Shown: positions 47,373 to 57,620 of the stretch, piece after piece
How positions within the stretch are numbered: position 1 is the stretch's first letter
How the letters are laid out: the number at the start of each line of letters is the position of its first letter
IMG/VR virus record: IMGVR_UViG_3300017759_002599
Span: 7,303 to 71,302 of that record
Source: a virus
DNA: 64,000 nucleotides
Strand: one strand, 5' to 3'
Translations under genes and position numbers: made by a program
Notes under the pieces: generated by a model
What the model saw: only the letters and a program-made list of their open reading frames with translations
Database searches by the model: none
What the model was told of the DNA's origin: nothing

Positions 47373-48671
47373 ATGTGGGGTAGTGCATTTGTGGGCGATA
47401 CCTATGATGTGCCTATTCATTTTTCTGATGAGTTCTCCAACATGGTCGTCAAAGCCTTATCTCAACACCCACATTTTTCATATGAAAATTTACCAGTCGA
47501 AGTTTCTTCTACTTTAATGATTAAAGAAGATTTAAAGAAATACTCGTTTGCAAAAAACGGTGATGGGTGGCTTGAATCGACATGGGGTAAAAGTGCAAAC
47601 GATATTATTCGTGAGTGCCGTAAAGCCCGTCGTAACGATAAAGCCAACAAGCACCTGTATGATTCGATTATCACCGACGTGCGTATGCTCAAAGCAATGG
47701 AAGTTGAAGCAACCATCAAACAATTGACTTGGGCTGACGGACTTGATGAAGTTATCAAAAGTTTAGGACTTAATGATAAGTTGCTAAAATCACTGCGAAA
47801 GTTTGGCGAAAGTCGTTCTGTGAGCCTACAAAAAGCGTGCCAACAATTTTTGAAAGCCAATACAGTTTTGAATTTACTTAATGATAAAGTGGACTGGACA
47901 CCCGAAGACCAAGAAGAATGGGTCAATGCTCACCAGTTGCAAAAAGATGCAAAGAAAATGTGGCGTAACGTACTCAAGCAAACAGATAATTTACCACACG
48001 TTGATGTTCAAGCACTTGAGTTTGCATCCGATGTTTTGGAAAAAGAAGGTCCATTATCGAGTCGTGAACTTGTACGGCGAGGTGTAGGTCATCTTGAAAA
48101 AAACATGACCGTCAATAAAATGGCATCTTTGCTTAAATTATATGGTGAAGAATACGATGTTTACAAAGCCACGTCACGAAGTACGTACCTCAAGTTTGGT
48201 TCTCATGGATTGATTATCAAGGATATATGGGGCTACATGGCAGGTTCTCTTGATTCTGATGGTAGCATCTTTATTTCAGAACGTGGTGACCCTCGTGTAA
48301 CATTTGTTGCCAGTGGAAACATGGGTAAGCAATTGTGTGAAGATTTGCAAAAGGCTGTTGGGTGTGGTCGATTAGTAACTGACCAAAAAGTTGCAAAGAA
48401 CACACAAAAATCAATTCATCGGCTTATTTTTTCAGCCAAAGATGACATTCGGCACGTACTAAAACACTCTATGCCTCACATGCGTTTGAAAGACTTGCAA
48501 GCCAAAGCAATGCTCGCATACGTTGATGAAAAGGATAAACTGCGTAAGAATGAGTTGTATCAATTGGTGACATTTACCAATTGGAAAGACCATCAAACCA
48601 AATCCGAATCGTTATTAAACAAATGGGGAGTAGACGCTGATACCATAGGTGGCTATGCGGAGGGATTGTGA
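47373..48671 (+). CDS. Protein with wHTH-like segment and C-terminal LAGLIDADG domain
   Basis: GYMAGSLDSDGSIFI, PHMRLKDLQA; GPLSSRELV segment. Confidence 0.8.
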   Translation: MWGSAFVGDTYDVPIHFSDEFSNMVVKALSQHPHFSYENLPVEVSSTLMIKEDLKKYSFAKNGDGWLESTWGKSANDIIRECRKARRNDKANKHLYDSIITDVRMLKAMEVEATIKQLTWADGLDEVIKSLGLNDKLLKSLRKFGESRSVSLQKACQQFLKANTVLNLLNDKVDWTPEDQEEWVNAHQLQKDAKKMWRNVLKQTDNLPHVDVQALEFASDVLEKEGPLSSRELVRRGVGHLEKNMTVNKMASLLKLYGEEYDVYKATSRSTYLKFGSHGLIIKDIWGYMAGSLDSDGSIFISERGDPRVTFVASGNMGKQLCEDLQKAVGCGRLVTDQKVAKNTQKSIHRLIFSAKDDIRHVLKHSMPHMRLKDLQAKAMLAYVDEKDKLRKNELYQLVTFTNWKDHQTKSESLLNKWGVDADTIGGYAEGL

Positions 48672-50476
48672 TGGCGGAAGAACAAGGACGAATCTCACGA
48701 TTCCTATCGGCTATCGGAAGTCCATTCCGTCGTCGTGAGAGTCCCACACCAACTATGCCGCTTTGGTCAAGCGGTATTCAAGAACCTGTCATGGCGCAGG
48801 GTATTACGCTCCCTGCACTGTTTGCAGTAAGTAATGAATCACTTATTCTCCGTACTGTACTTTCAAAACTACGTCAAGAAATGTTTCGACGTGGGTACTA
48901 CTGGGAGAAGCGTTTTACTGTTAAATGCACAACGTGTGATGAAGAATATCAACAAGAGATGGAAACATGCAAAGAATGTGGCGGTGCTGTACGCAAACCT
49001 GACATTGATGAATTAACATATCCGAAGTGGTTGTTTAAGCAAGAAAACAGCATGGAACAATCCTTCCACCATCTTCTTCACGAAGTCGAAAATGACCTCA
49101 ACATTATTGATGATGCATTTTTGATTTTAGTAAAAGAGTATTTTATTGACCCTGAAACCAAAGAAGTACAATTTTATCGAGTCAAAGAAATGGTACGTGG
49201 TGACCCTATTTTCATGCGTATTGTTGCTGATAAGCGTGGTGTACGTGGTGGACGATACAAAACCTGTTTGATACACCGTGACCAAGTTAAAACCCATGCT
49301 GAAAATGATACGTGTGAGATATGTGGTTCCGACTTACATGATGTCCATTACGTCAATATGGCGGGTAGCGGTAAGACCCAGTACTTTGTTGAAGGAGAAG
49401 TACTGCATGTTTCAAAATACAATCCATCAAAATTGTACGGTCGCTCTCCTGTCAATACAATGTGGCGACAAGCCATGACATTGACGGCAATGGACAACTA
49501 CATTTACACGGCATATCAAAAACGCCGTATTCCAAAGGGTGTCATATCTGTTACAACAGACAACCTTGAATCTATGAAGGCGTTTTGGAAGGCCACTGAT
49601 GAGAAATTGGAACGTGACCCACACTACATTCCTCGTGTTGGTATCGAGTCACAATCAGGTCGTGGTGGTGTTAATTGGATTAAATTCATGGACACGCTTG
49701 AAGAAATGCAGTATATCGCTGTACGTGACGAAATACGTAATCGTATAGCGGCTTTCTATGGTGTATCATCAATCTTTATGGTTGATAACGGTAAGTCGGG
49801 TGGTCTAAACAACGAAGGTTTGCAAATTCTTGTCACTAATCGTGCTGTTGAGTTTGGTCAAAAAGTGTACACAGAAGTATTGTTCCCACGTCTACTTCGT
49901 CAAATGAACATTCATGATTGGAAACTCACACTTTATCCAAACGAAGAAGAAGATGAAATTACACGTCTACGACGAGATGAACAAGAACTCAACGTCGCAC
50001 AACGCATGGCACAACTTGGATTCCAACCTGAACTTTTGGAAGACCCATCAAACCGTGATGTACGATTTGTGTATCGTAAACCACCTCCACCTCCAGCACC
50101 CGGCGGTGCGCCTCCACCCGGCGGTGCGCCTCCACCCGGTGGAGGTATGCCACCACAGATGATGGGTGGTCGAGGTATGCCACCAATGCCACCCGGTGGA
50201 GGTATGCCACCACAGATGATGGGTGGAATGCCACCGCAAATGATGGGCGGAATGCCACCACAATCACGACAACTCCCACCCGGTATTGCACCGCCACTTC
50301 AACCCGGTAGTGAAGGAAGAGGTATACGTAACCGTGGTCCAGTAGCACCACAACGACGTGGTACAATGGGAAGCGGTTCACCAATTTCAAGCGTTCAACA
50401 ACGTGGTCCCGAACCTTCTATGATGCAAAATGTTTCAAACGCATTATTGAATGCTCGTAGACCAAGAGGGCGGTAA
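48668..50476 (+). CDS. Portal protein with Zn-ribbon insertions and P/G/M-rich tail
   Basis: DLNIIDDAF, LYGRSPV, IPKGVI, MQYI..RDEIRNRIAAFYGV; position after terL. Confidence 0.9.
   Translation: MMAEEQGRISRFLSAIGSPFRRRESPTPTMPLWSSGIQEPVMAQGITLPALFAVSNESLILRTVLSKLRQEMFRRGYYWEKRFTVKCTTCDEEYQQEMETCKECGGAVRKPDIDELTYPKWLFKQENSMEQSFHHLLHEVENDLNIIDDAFLILVKEYFIDPETKEVQFYRVKEMVRGDPIFMRIVADKRGVRGGRYKTCLIHRDQVKTHAENDTCEICGSDLHDVHYVNMAGSGKTQYFVEGEVLHVSKYNPSKLYGRSPVNTMWRQAMTLTAMDNYIYTAYQKRRIPKGVISVTTDNLESMKAFWKATDEKLERDPHYIPRVGIESQSGRGGVNWIKFMDTLEEMQYIAVRDEIRNRIAAFYGVSSIFMVDNGKSGGLNNEGLQILVTNRAVEFGQKVYTEVLFPRLLRQMNIHDWKLTLYPNEEEDEITRLRRDEQELNVAQRMAQLGFQPELLEDPSNRDVRFVYRKPPPPPAPGGAPPPGGAPPPGGGMPPQMMGGRGMPPMPPGGGMPPQMMGGMPPQMMGGMPPQSRQLPPGIAPPLQPGSEGRGIRNRGPVAPQRRGTMGSGSPISSVQQRGPEPSMMQNVSNALLNARRPRGR
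50092..50262 (+). repeat. Coding repeats GGAPPP / GGMPPQMM in the portal tail
   Basis: cccggcggtgcgcctcca x2; ggtatgccaccacagatgatgggtgg x2. Confidence 0.8.
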
Positions 50477-50521
50477 AACTCTTTAAACAAGTATACAATG
50501 ACACTAACAAGAGGGGTTCTT

Positions 50522-50875
50522 ATGGATTTATTAAAAATGCACCCAATGGCACGAAAAATGGAACAAGCGCAAAAAGCATTTGCAACTGCTTTAGAACAAG
50601 GTGATGGAAACCTTGCAAAACAACATTTGACAGAAGTACAAAAACTATCTGACTTTTTACTTGAAGACCTACAAACTGAAATCTTCAAGGCTGAAAATGC
50701 GGCTACAAAAACAGGTGCTCTCGACATCTATGTAAATGGAGTAGCCCCGTACACATTCCAAAAAGAAGACAACTACGTACCACTTATTGGTAACCGTCTT
50801 TCAGGAACAGTGCAAAGCCGAGTATCTCGTAGTAACTTCCGACCTGCAAGCGGAACATTTGGACGACGAGGTTGA
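50522..50875 (+). CDS. Hypothetical head-associated protein
   Basis: MDLLKMHP; TTTAAACA upstream at about 50482. Confidence 0.7.
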   Translation: MDLLKMHPMARKMEQAQKAFATALEQGDGNLAKQHLTEVQKLSDFLLEDLQTEIFKAENAATKTGALDIYVNGVAPYTFQKEDNYVPLIGNRLSGTVQSRVSRSNFRPASGTFGRRG

Positions 50876-50880
50876 GTTTT

Positions 50881-51219
50881 ATGGCTGACAGCGATGCACA
50901 ACAATTGATGAGTGTTCTTATTACAAAAATGGAAAACATGGATTCTGATTTGGCATTGCTTAAGCAAGAAAACGAGCGTCTTCGTGCAACCATTAACAAT
51001 CCAAAAATGCTACTACGCAAGATGGGTTTAGTTTCTTCTTCTACTCCATTGTCAATGGATTTGGGTATTGACCCGCTTCGTGCTGATATGGAAAACGATT
51101 CAATTCTTAAGGGTGACCCAGTTTCATCTGTACCTCAATCTAATGAAGAGTTCCATAACATGTCATGGGAAGAAATTCATGAAATGGCACAAACAGCGAA
51201 AGAACAGGAGATGAACTAA
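50881..51219 (+). CDS. Putative scaffold-like coiled-coil protein
   Basis: C-terminal NMSWEEIHEMA matches the protease tail NMSWDEVHNLA. Confidence 0.65.
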   Translation: MADSDAQQLMSVLITKMENMDSDLALLKQENERLRATINNPKMLLRKMGLVSSSTPLSMDLGIDPLRADMENDSILKGDPVSSVPQSNEEFHNMSWEEIHEMAQTAKEQEMN

Positions 51220-51821
51220 TGAAGCCCCGTCCAAGTGAAGCACCTTTACTTACAAAAGCAAGAGAAATTGAGCATCGTCTAAGTCAATTGGAAATTATCA
51301 AAGGGAAGTGCGATTGCCCCAAAGGAAAATGCGACTGTAAAGACTGCCCAAGTTGTGGTTCTAAGATGAACAAAGCGGGTGGTTGTATGAAGATGGATTG
51401 CGGTGGCAAAATGGCAAAAGCCGAACCCGGTTTTAAGGCTGAAAAAATCACAGACGTAAACCCTGCTTTCATGGCTGAATCGGGTGGACAAACCAAGAGT
51501 GGTTATTTTACCACCAACGGTAGAACCATCGAAACAGAAGACGCACCAAAGAAAAAGAAGGGTAAGGATGCAACTAACATGGAGCAACTTTCAACTCGTA
51601 TGAATCCACATGCAGGTGGCGGTGTGGATAGGGAAGATGCAATGGGGGAGTCAAAGAAACTCAAAAAGGCATCAAGTAAGGCTCTTATGCGTGAAGCAAG
51701 CGAGCAAAGCCCAGTGCCAACAATTTGTCGTACATGCGGCGCAACACAACAAAGCGGTTGCAAAATGCCTGAATTGATGGGTGCTGACCTCCATGCATGT
51801 CCAGCATTCCAGCCGCTATGA
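51219..51821 (+). CDS. Cys/Lys-rich head-associated protein
   Basis: CDCPKGKCDCKDCPSC; several hydrophobic-K-A/G sites. Confidence 0.75.
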   Translation: MKPRPSEAPLLTKAREIEHRLSQLEIIKGKCDCPKGKCDCKDCPSCGSKMNKAGGCMKMDCGGKMAKAEPGFKAEKITDVNPAFMAESGGQTKSGYFTTNGRTIETEDAPKKKKGKDATNMEQLSTRMNPHAGGGVDREDAMGESKKLKKASSKALMREASEQSPVPTICRTCGATQQSGCKMPELMGADLHACPAFQPL

Positions 51822-51834
51822 TGGCGGTGAAAGT

Positions 51835-54800
51835 ATGTCGTATGACCAACTTGACATTGCAAGTGCCGATTTGCTAAAGTCGTTGGACGACAAACTTGAC
51901 CTTGAGCGTAATGCGGCTGAATACATTATTGCATGGCAATCCATGCAAAAAGCACCAAGTGAAATTATCTATACATCGCTGTTTTCAATCGCTGATGCGA
52001 TTATCAAAGAAAAAAAAGAAGAGGGAGAAGATAAGTTTGAGTATGAATACGATACTGGAACAGACACAGGTGCGGGGTTGCTTCTCAATACACAAGACAC
52101 ACAGGATGATTTGACAAACCACATTTGGGTCGATGGTTTACAACGTGGTAAGAAAAACGCTGACCACCACTCCGTGTGGCCTGTGTACCGCCCAACAGCA
52201 GGTCATCCATACAAAGAGTATCACTTTCCGTTCCACCCTGCCAATCACCCGCTTCTTCGTATGCATTCTGTAACAGGTATGCCGCACTATGTTGAAATGC
52301 TCCGAGCGCATACACTTGGTGGCTACATGGATGAAGAAAAAGAAATGGAAAAGGATTACTTAAGCGAACTTTCTAAAGAAAAACACCCGTTAATGTTTGG
52401 ATTTCAGCCCGAAGGAACAGATAAAACATTCAAACTACTTGGAAGTATTTTGCAAAACGGCTCAATGCTTTCACATCAAAAAGACCTCTACCAACGTGAT
52501 TTTCAACGATGGAAAAAACAAAACACAGAACGAGAAGATGAATATCTTGCGATGGGTATGACTCCAAAGGATGTTTTTCAAAAACTGCGTGAAGACCATT
52601 TTGAAGACCGAGCAAGGCAATGGGTAAGTGAAGATACAGTACTTGATGATAATTACAAAATTCATCCAACTGCATTAGGACATCACGGTTACATGCTTGG
52701 ACTTGAGTGGTTGTCACCTGAAGAACGTACTGCGGTTATGAAAGGTATGCGTGAAGGTGTAGACGACAATCACTTGATTGAATTACCAAACGGTCAAAAA
52801 GTTCCATCGGCTCGTTTTACGCATAATGCGATTATGCGAAAAACACCTGAAATGAATTGGGCTGTACGAAGTCCGAGAATGTTAGGACGCAATGCTTCAC
52901 TTCGATTAGAAGACAACGATACCGATTATGAAGCAAGCGAATCGGGTCGTTTCTTACAGTCGGGTGTGGCAAAAGGGGCGCATCTTCCATACGGTTCAAA
53001 CGATGAGTCCATTGCTGACATTATCCTTAACGAAATCAATGAATTGTACGACGGAATGCGAGAAGATGGTGAAGATAATTACAAAACTCCAATGAAATTT
53101 TTACCACGACTCAATCTTCACAAAACGGGTGAACTTCCTGAATTGGAATGGGAACAGTTGAAAGATGCTGAACGAGCACAGTTTGGTAAAAAAACTATGG
53201 AAGTAGACCATGCGAGATTACCTATTGAAGACGTTCTGTATATGGCGGGTTTTCATCCTAAAACAAGAGAACTACTATCCATGCATCCTGTTTATGGAAA
53301 AATGGACGGACCGCTTGTACCGCTTGACTGGATTGAAAATATCGAAGAAGATGCTTCTTCGTCTATGAATTTGCATCAACAAGAAAAAAATATTCGTAAG
53401 CACTTATCGTTTTTGAAAGCCGTTCACGGTCCAGCACCGAGTGAAGACAAGCCTTCCTATTGGCGCACAAGTGAAGACGGAAGGCACACTTACGGTCTTG
53501 GTTCTTTTTGGTCAAAACCGTTTCAAGGAATAGGTGGTGCAGGTATGACATTACCTACGTACAACGAAATTATTCATGCTACTACTTCAGACGATGACAG
53601 TGTATCGTTGCTTGGTGAAATGCATGATTTTGGTAAAAGTGGTGAAAAAACCGTTATCGTACCAAATCAAAACAATGTTTCTTTGGGTGCTCACTTTATG
53701 CCTGAACATTCTCAACAACACGGTCACTACGATAAAAATGTTGAAAAATATATTTACCATAATGCGCCTAAACTCATTCAAAATGTTCTTTCACCATCAA
53801 ATGTTTCACGACCATCACCAAGTGCTTCATCAAAATCAGGGTACAAAGAAGGCAAAACGACGAAGAACAATTTTACTGAACACAAATCATCGCTTTCAGC
53901 CCCGTATGAATATGCAATACGGCATATGACTGATGGTGAACGAAAAGATTTGTTTGAAAATCAACCTCACCTCAAAGCGTTCAACAGTGTACTTACAAGA
54001 AATCCATTCATACATCACGGCTCATACCGCAATTATGCGCCATATGGAAGCGATAAGCATATTGTCAATAATGCACAAGATATTCACAAACTCATTATGC
54101 AATTAGGTCGATTTAATCACTTAAACAACCCTACAGAAAAATCAGTTATATCGTTCAACGATTTCATACGAGATGCTCAACCAGTAAGTGGTGGTGAAAC
54201 CACCGAAGATATGCTTGCGTATTTAGGGTGGGGTGTTCCATCACCATCGTTTGGAAAAGTCAAAGACTACTTGCAAAGTAGCGCACAACGTGAAGGGTTG
54301 CGTTTCTTAACTGAAATATCAAAAACTATTCAATCAACAAATCCGAAGGCTATCATGGAATACTTGGAAAAAGAAGATTTTGAAGATTTGTATCAACGAT
54401 TGGGTTTTGCAAAAAATACAGATGCTCCTGTTAAACAACTTGTTGATAACTTCTTAGATGATGTGCTGTTTAACCTATCAAACCGTAGTCGCTCGTTTAA
54501 GCACAAGAAACCAACACTTCTTGATGCTGTTACAAGTGGTTTGAGTTTTGGTGGAGCACTCCCTGCATTTGAGCAAGAAGAAAAATTGCAAGCAGAAGTT
54601 GATGATTTGAATCAGCGTATGGTTGAGGCAGATGATATTGACAAGCCACTTATCCAACAACAACTTTCTCAAAAGGTTGCTGAATTAACCTCGCTTCAAC
54701 AACAAGCCATTGAAAGCACTCAAGGTAAAATGACATCGCATTGGAAAATCGACCAACGACGTGAAGAAGACCTCAAGAAAGCACATCGTATGTTGGTAGC

Positions 54801-57582
54801 ACAAGTTGCACCGATGATTAAAGAAAAAATGCTTGAGGCTGACCCTACCGCTTTTGACCCAAACGACCCGCAAAAATTCATTGACAACAATGCACGCATG
54901 TTCCGTGATGCACAACGATACATTACGCATGTACCGCACGATGTACACGGATTGCAAACACTTGGTTATGGTCTTTCATTTGATGATATAACGTACGACA
55001 AACCCCCTGCAAACGGTAACTTCCATCAAAACGTAGCATCGCATTTACAAGAGCATGGATTCCAAGTAGACGGTAACATGAGCGTGGAAGAAGTGCTTGA
55101 AGCACTGGCGTTACCAAAGACTCCCGAAATGAAAGAACATGCTCGTTCAATTATCGACAGGTCAAATGAAATGAACACACCATTGTTTGCTTCTACAGTC
55201 AATCAACTATTGATGCATGGTAACATAACGGATTTGCACAACAGTGACATTACACACCTTCACGATGAAAGTATACTTGGACAAGATGACAAAGACTTGA
55301 ACGATGCAATGCGTTTCTCAAAGTTGGCTCAAGAAAATGGGTATCATGGTGCGCTCGATACCATTTATTCGGAAGTCAAGAAACCAAGTGCCTTCAAATC
55401 GTTCCCTCAACTACACTCATTGCCACGTCGTGTAAAGCAACTTATGGGTGGTTCATTCACAGCACTGGCTGATGCAAACGGATTAGAGATGGTTGAAAAT
55501 GATGTACATGGTGCTCAACAATACAAGCGTGGTTCATCAGGAAAAGGTCTTCCTCAAATCGCCGCTACGACACGAAACAATTTGGACACGATATTGCATT
55601 ACAATCCAATGGTTGAACAGGAAGGACGAATGGAACAACCCACAACTTCCATCAGTGCAAGACCCGGCATGACACAAGTGCCTGTTGGTGCGCCTAATCC
55701 TAACAATTACAGTATCTTTGATACGTTTGATGCAGGTGGACATCACGGTGGATGGCTCGCTGCGCCATCGGTTGGTGTTGATTTTACAGCCGATGGTCAA
55801 ATGGTAGCAGGTACAAACGTCGAAGAGGGGCTGTATCATTCTGTACCACACGAACTTACCGATATGGTACATGGTAAAGATATCCGAGAACAGGTATGGG
55901 ATAATGCCCCACCACCAAGAGAGAGCAATCTACCTATCTTTGGTCTTGACCCTGAAACGTTCCTACCAATTGGACAAGACCCAAACAAATTGGCTCTTAA
56001 TGAAATGACGGAGTTTATTCAAGGTATGCTTAATCCTGATGAGTTGTTGATGAAAGAAGAAGACCCACAGTGGACTCCTTTGATTCGACCAATGCATCGC
56101 ATCTTTGAGATGAGCGACTTAGAACACCTACGTGGGTTTAGTGGTTCATGGGTTGTATCAAAATGGTACGACGGCAAACGTGTCATGCTCATCAAGAACG
56201 GTGATGAAGTCACTGCCTTGAATGAGAAGGGTAAGAAGGTCGGTCTTCGCAAGAACCACCGTGAAGCACTGGTGAAGGTAAGCGACAAAAACTACGCTAT
56301 TGACGGAATTATGGGAGATGAAGACCTCAATATCATTGATATTATCAATTACGACAACAATGACATCAGCGACATGTTGTTGTTTGAGCGTGTCAAAATT
56401 CTTCGCTCACAGTTTGAAAGCCACGAGAATGTCATTGTACCCGGACCACACGATACGAAAATGACAGACAATGAGGGCTTGAAAGAATCTGTCAAGCGAA
56501 TGCAAGATGACCATGATAACATCTTGTTGTGTGATTCTAAATCGACATACATGAAAGGTGAGTATCGACACCCAAAGTGGATATTGTATCGACCGACTCG
56601 TGACTACAACTTCATTGTACTTGACCGACGAGGTAATGGACCGTACACATACCAATTGGGTGCAGGTCCACTGCTTGATGATGAAGGACTGCAAAACCGA
56701 GCCGTTACAATTGAAGGTAAGCACTACATGGACATAGGTACAGCACGACGTGAGCAAAAGGCATACAAGGTTGGTGACATTGTACGAGCATCGGTAAGTG
56801 GTATTACCAAGAAGACTCGTGGTGAGAAAAATGTCTACACCGTACAGATTCGTCAAATCGAAGGTGAGGGTGAGGGTGAAGGTCCAGCGAGCACCGAGTC
56901 GCTTGACTTGCTAACCAAAGGTTACCTACCTATCAATATCCCACACGACGTTGAATACGACGAGCATGGTTTACATGTTATTCTAAAGGACATTGATACT
57001 GTAACGTACCAAGTTGATGAAATCGGTGATATGTGGTACGTGCATTCTCCAGTGAGTACAATGGGCGATTTGTATAAAAACGACTACAGCGTAACACTGG
57101 CTGAAAGCCTACAGCCGTTTTGGAGTCCACTTGCCCCGCTTTTGTTTAGTGGCCAATTGCAAAAGGAGTCAAAGGTCGAAGACCTCGAAATGCCAAAGAA
57201 GCCATCACCAAAGCGTGTTGAGGAAAATTCAGTAGGTATCATCGAAGAAGATGATGAGAATATCTTACTCAAACCCGAAGACAAGAAAAAAGCATTGGAA
57301 GTTATTGTACGTACATTGGATAAACTTGCGAAAGAACGTATGACATGGACTGGACCGAAAGGACTGGGTATTGATTTAGGAACACCCGTCGAATCCCCTG
57401 CTGGCCCTACACAATTAACAGATGAAGAAAATCTACCTGACTATCATCCACGAGTCGATGATATTGAGCCTAAGAAAAAGAAAAAACCGCAACACTTCAA
57501 GCCTGTTGAAACAGATACCGAAGAGGGCGAACACCTTAGTTTAGAATTCAAAGACGATGAACCTGTACTTTCCAAAGTATAG
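51835..57582 (+). CDS. Giant late protein (about 1915 aa) with a C-terminal degenerate ATP-dependent DNA ligase domain
   Basis: WVVSKWYDGKRV, YAIDG, IIDII, LFERVKIL, STYMKGE..HPKWI, OB-like YQLGAG; GGTGA RBS before ATG 51835. Confidence 0.85.
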   Translation: MSYDQLDIASADLLKSLDDKLDLERNAAEYIIAWQSMQKAPSEIIYTSLFSIADAIIKEKKEEGEDKFEYEYDTGTDTGAGLLLNTQDTQDDLTNHIWVDGLQRGKKNADHHSVWPVYRPTAGHPYKEYHFPFHPANHPLLRMHSVTGMPHYVEMLRAHTLGGYMDEEKEMEKDYLSELSKEKHPLMFGFQPEGTDKTFKLLGSILQNGSMLSHQKDLYQRDFQRWKKQNTEREDEYLAMGMTPKDVFQKLREDHFEDRARQWVSEDTVLDDNYKIHPTALGHHGYMLGLEWLSPEERTAVMKGMREGVDDNHLIELPNGQKVPSARFTHNAIMRKTPEMNWAVRSPRMLGRNASLRLEDNDTDYEASESGRFLQSGVAKGAHLPYGSNDESIADIILNEINELYDGMREDGEDNYKTPMKFLPRLNLHKTGELPELEWEQLKDAERAQFGKKTMEVDHARLPIEDVLYMAGFHPKTRELLSMHPVYGKMDGPLVPLDWIENIEEDASSSMNLHQQEKNIRKHLSFLKAVHGPAPSEDKPSYWRTSEDGRHTYGLGSFWSKPFQGIGGAGMTLPTYNEIIHATTSDDDSVSLLGEMHDFGKSGEKTVIVPNQNNVSLGAHFMPEHSQQHGHYDKNVEKYIYHNAPKLIQNVLSPSNVSRPSPSASSKSGYKEGKTTKNNFTEHKSSLSAPYEYAIRHMTDGERKDLFENQPHLKAFNSVLTRNPFIHHGSYRNYAPYGSDKHIVNNAQDIHKLIMQLGRFNHLNNPTEKSVISFNDFIRDAQPVSGGETTEDMLAYLGWGVPSPSFGKVKDYLQSSAQREGLRFLTEISKTIQSTNPKAIMEYLEKEDFEDLYQRLGFAKNTDAPVKQLVDNFLDDVLFNLSNRSRSFKHKKPTLLDAVTSGLSFGGALPAFEQEEKLQAEVDDLNQRMVEADDIDKPLIQQQLSQKVAELTSLQQQAIESTQGKMTSHWKIDQRREEDLKKAHRMLVAQVAPMIKEKMLEADPTAFDPNDPQKFIDNNARMFRDAQRYITHVPHDVHGLQTLGYGLSFDDITYDKPPANGNFHQNVASHLQEHGFQVDGNMSVEEVLEALALPKTPEMKEHARSIIDRSNEMNTPLFASTVNQLLMHGNITDLHNSDITHLHDESILGQDDKDLNDAMRFSKLAQENGYHGALDTIYSEVKKPSAFKSFPQLHSLPRRVKQLMGGSFTALADANGLEMVENDVHGAQQYKRGSSGKGLPQIAATTRNNLDTILHYNPMVEQEGRMEQPTTSISARPGMTQVPVGAPNPNNYSIFDTFDAGGHHGGWLAAPSVGVDFTADGQMVAGTNVEEGLYHSVPHELTDMVHGKDIREQVWDNAPPPRESNLPIFGLDPETFLPIGQDPNKLALNEMTEFIQGMLNPDELLMKEEDPQWTPLIRPMHRIFEMSDLEHLRGFSGSWVVSKWYDGKRVMLIKNGDEVTALNEKGKKVGLRKNHREALVKVSDKNYAIDGIMGDEDLNIIDIINYDNNDISDMLLFERVKILRSQFESHENVIVPGPHDTKMTDNEGLKESVKRMQDDHDNILLCDSKSTYMKGEYRHPKWILYRPTRDYNFIVLDRRGNGPYTYQLGAGPLLDDEGLQNRAVTIEGKHYMDIGTARREQKAYKVGDIVRASVSGITKKTRGEKNVYTVQIRQIEGEGEGEGPASTESLDLLTKGYLPINIPHDVEYDEHGLHVILKDIDTVTYQVDEIGDMWYVHSPVSTMGDLYKNDYSVTLAESLQPFWSPLAPLLFSGQLQKESKVEDLEMPKKPSPKRVEENSVGIIEEDDENILLKPEDKKKALEVIVRTLDKLAKERMTWTGPKGLGIDLGTPVESPAGPTQLTDEENLPDYHPRVDDIEPKKKKKPQHFKPVETDTEEGEHLSLEFKDDEPVLSKV

Positions 57583-57588
57583 TACGGG

Positions 57589-57596
57589 TTTAAATA
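57589..57596 (+). promoter_or_regulatory. Late TATA box
   Basis: TTTAAATA about 25 nt before the protease ATG (leaderless spacing). Confidence 0.55.
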
Positions 57597-57620
57597 TGGT
57601 TACAAAGAATCGTTAGTTCA

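Noticed and set aside
48230-48671. LAGLIDADG domain as an intein or intron
   Set aside because: No C/S...HN intein termini, and the flanking terL and portal genes are intact.
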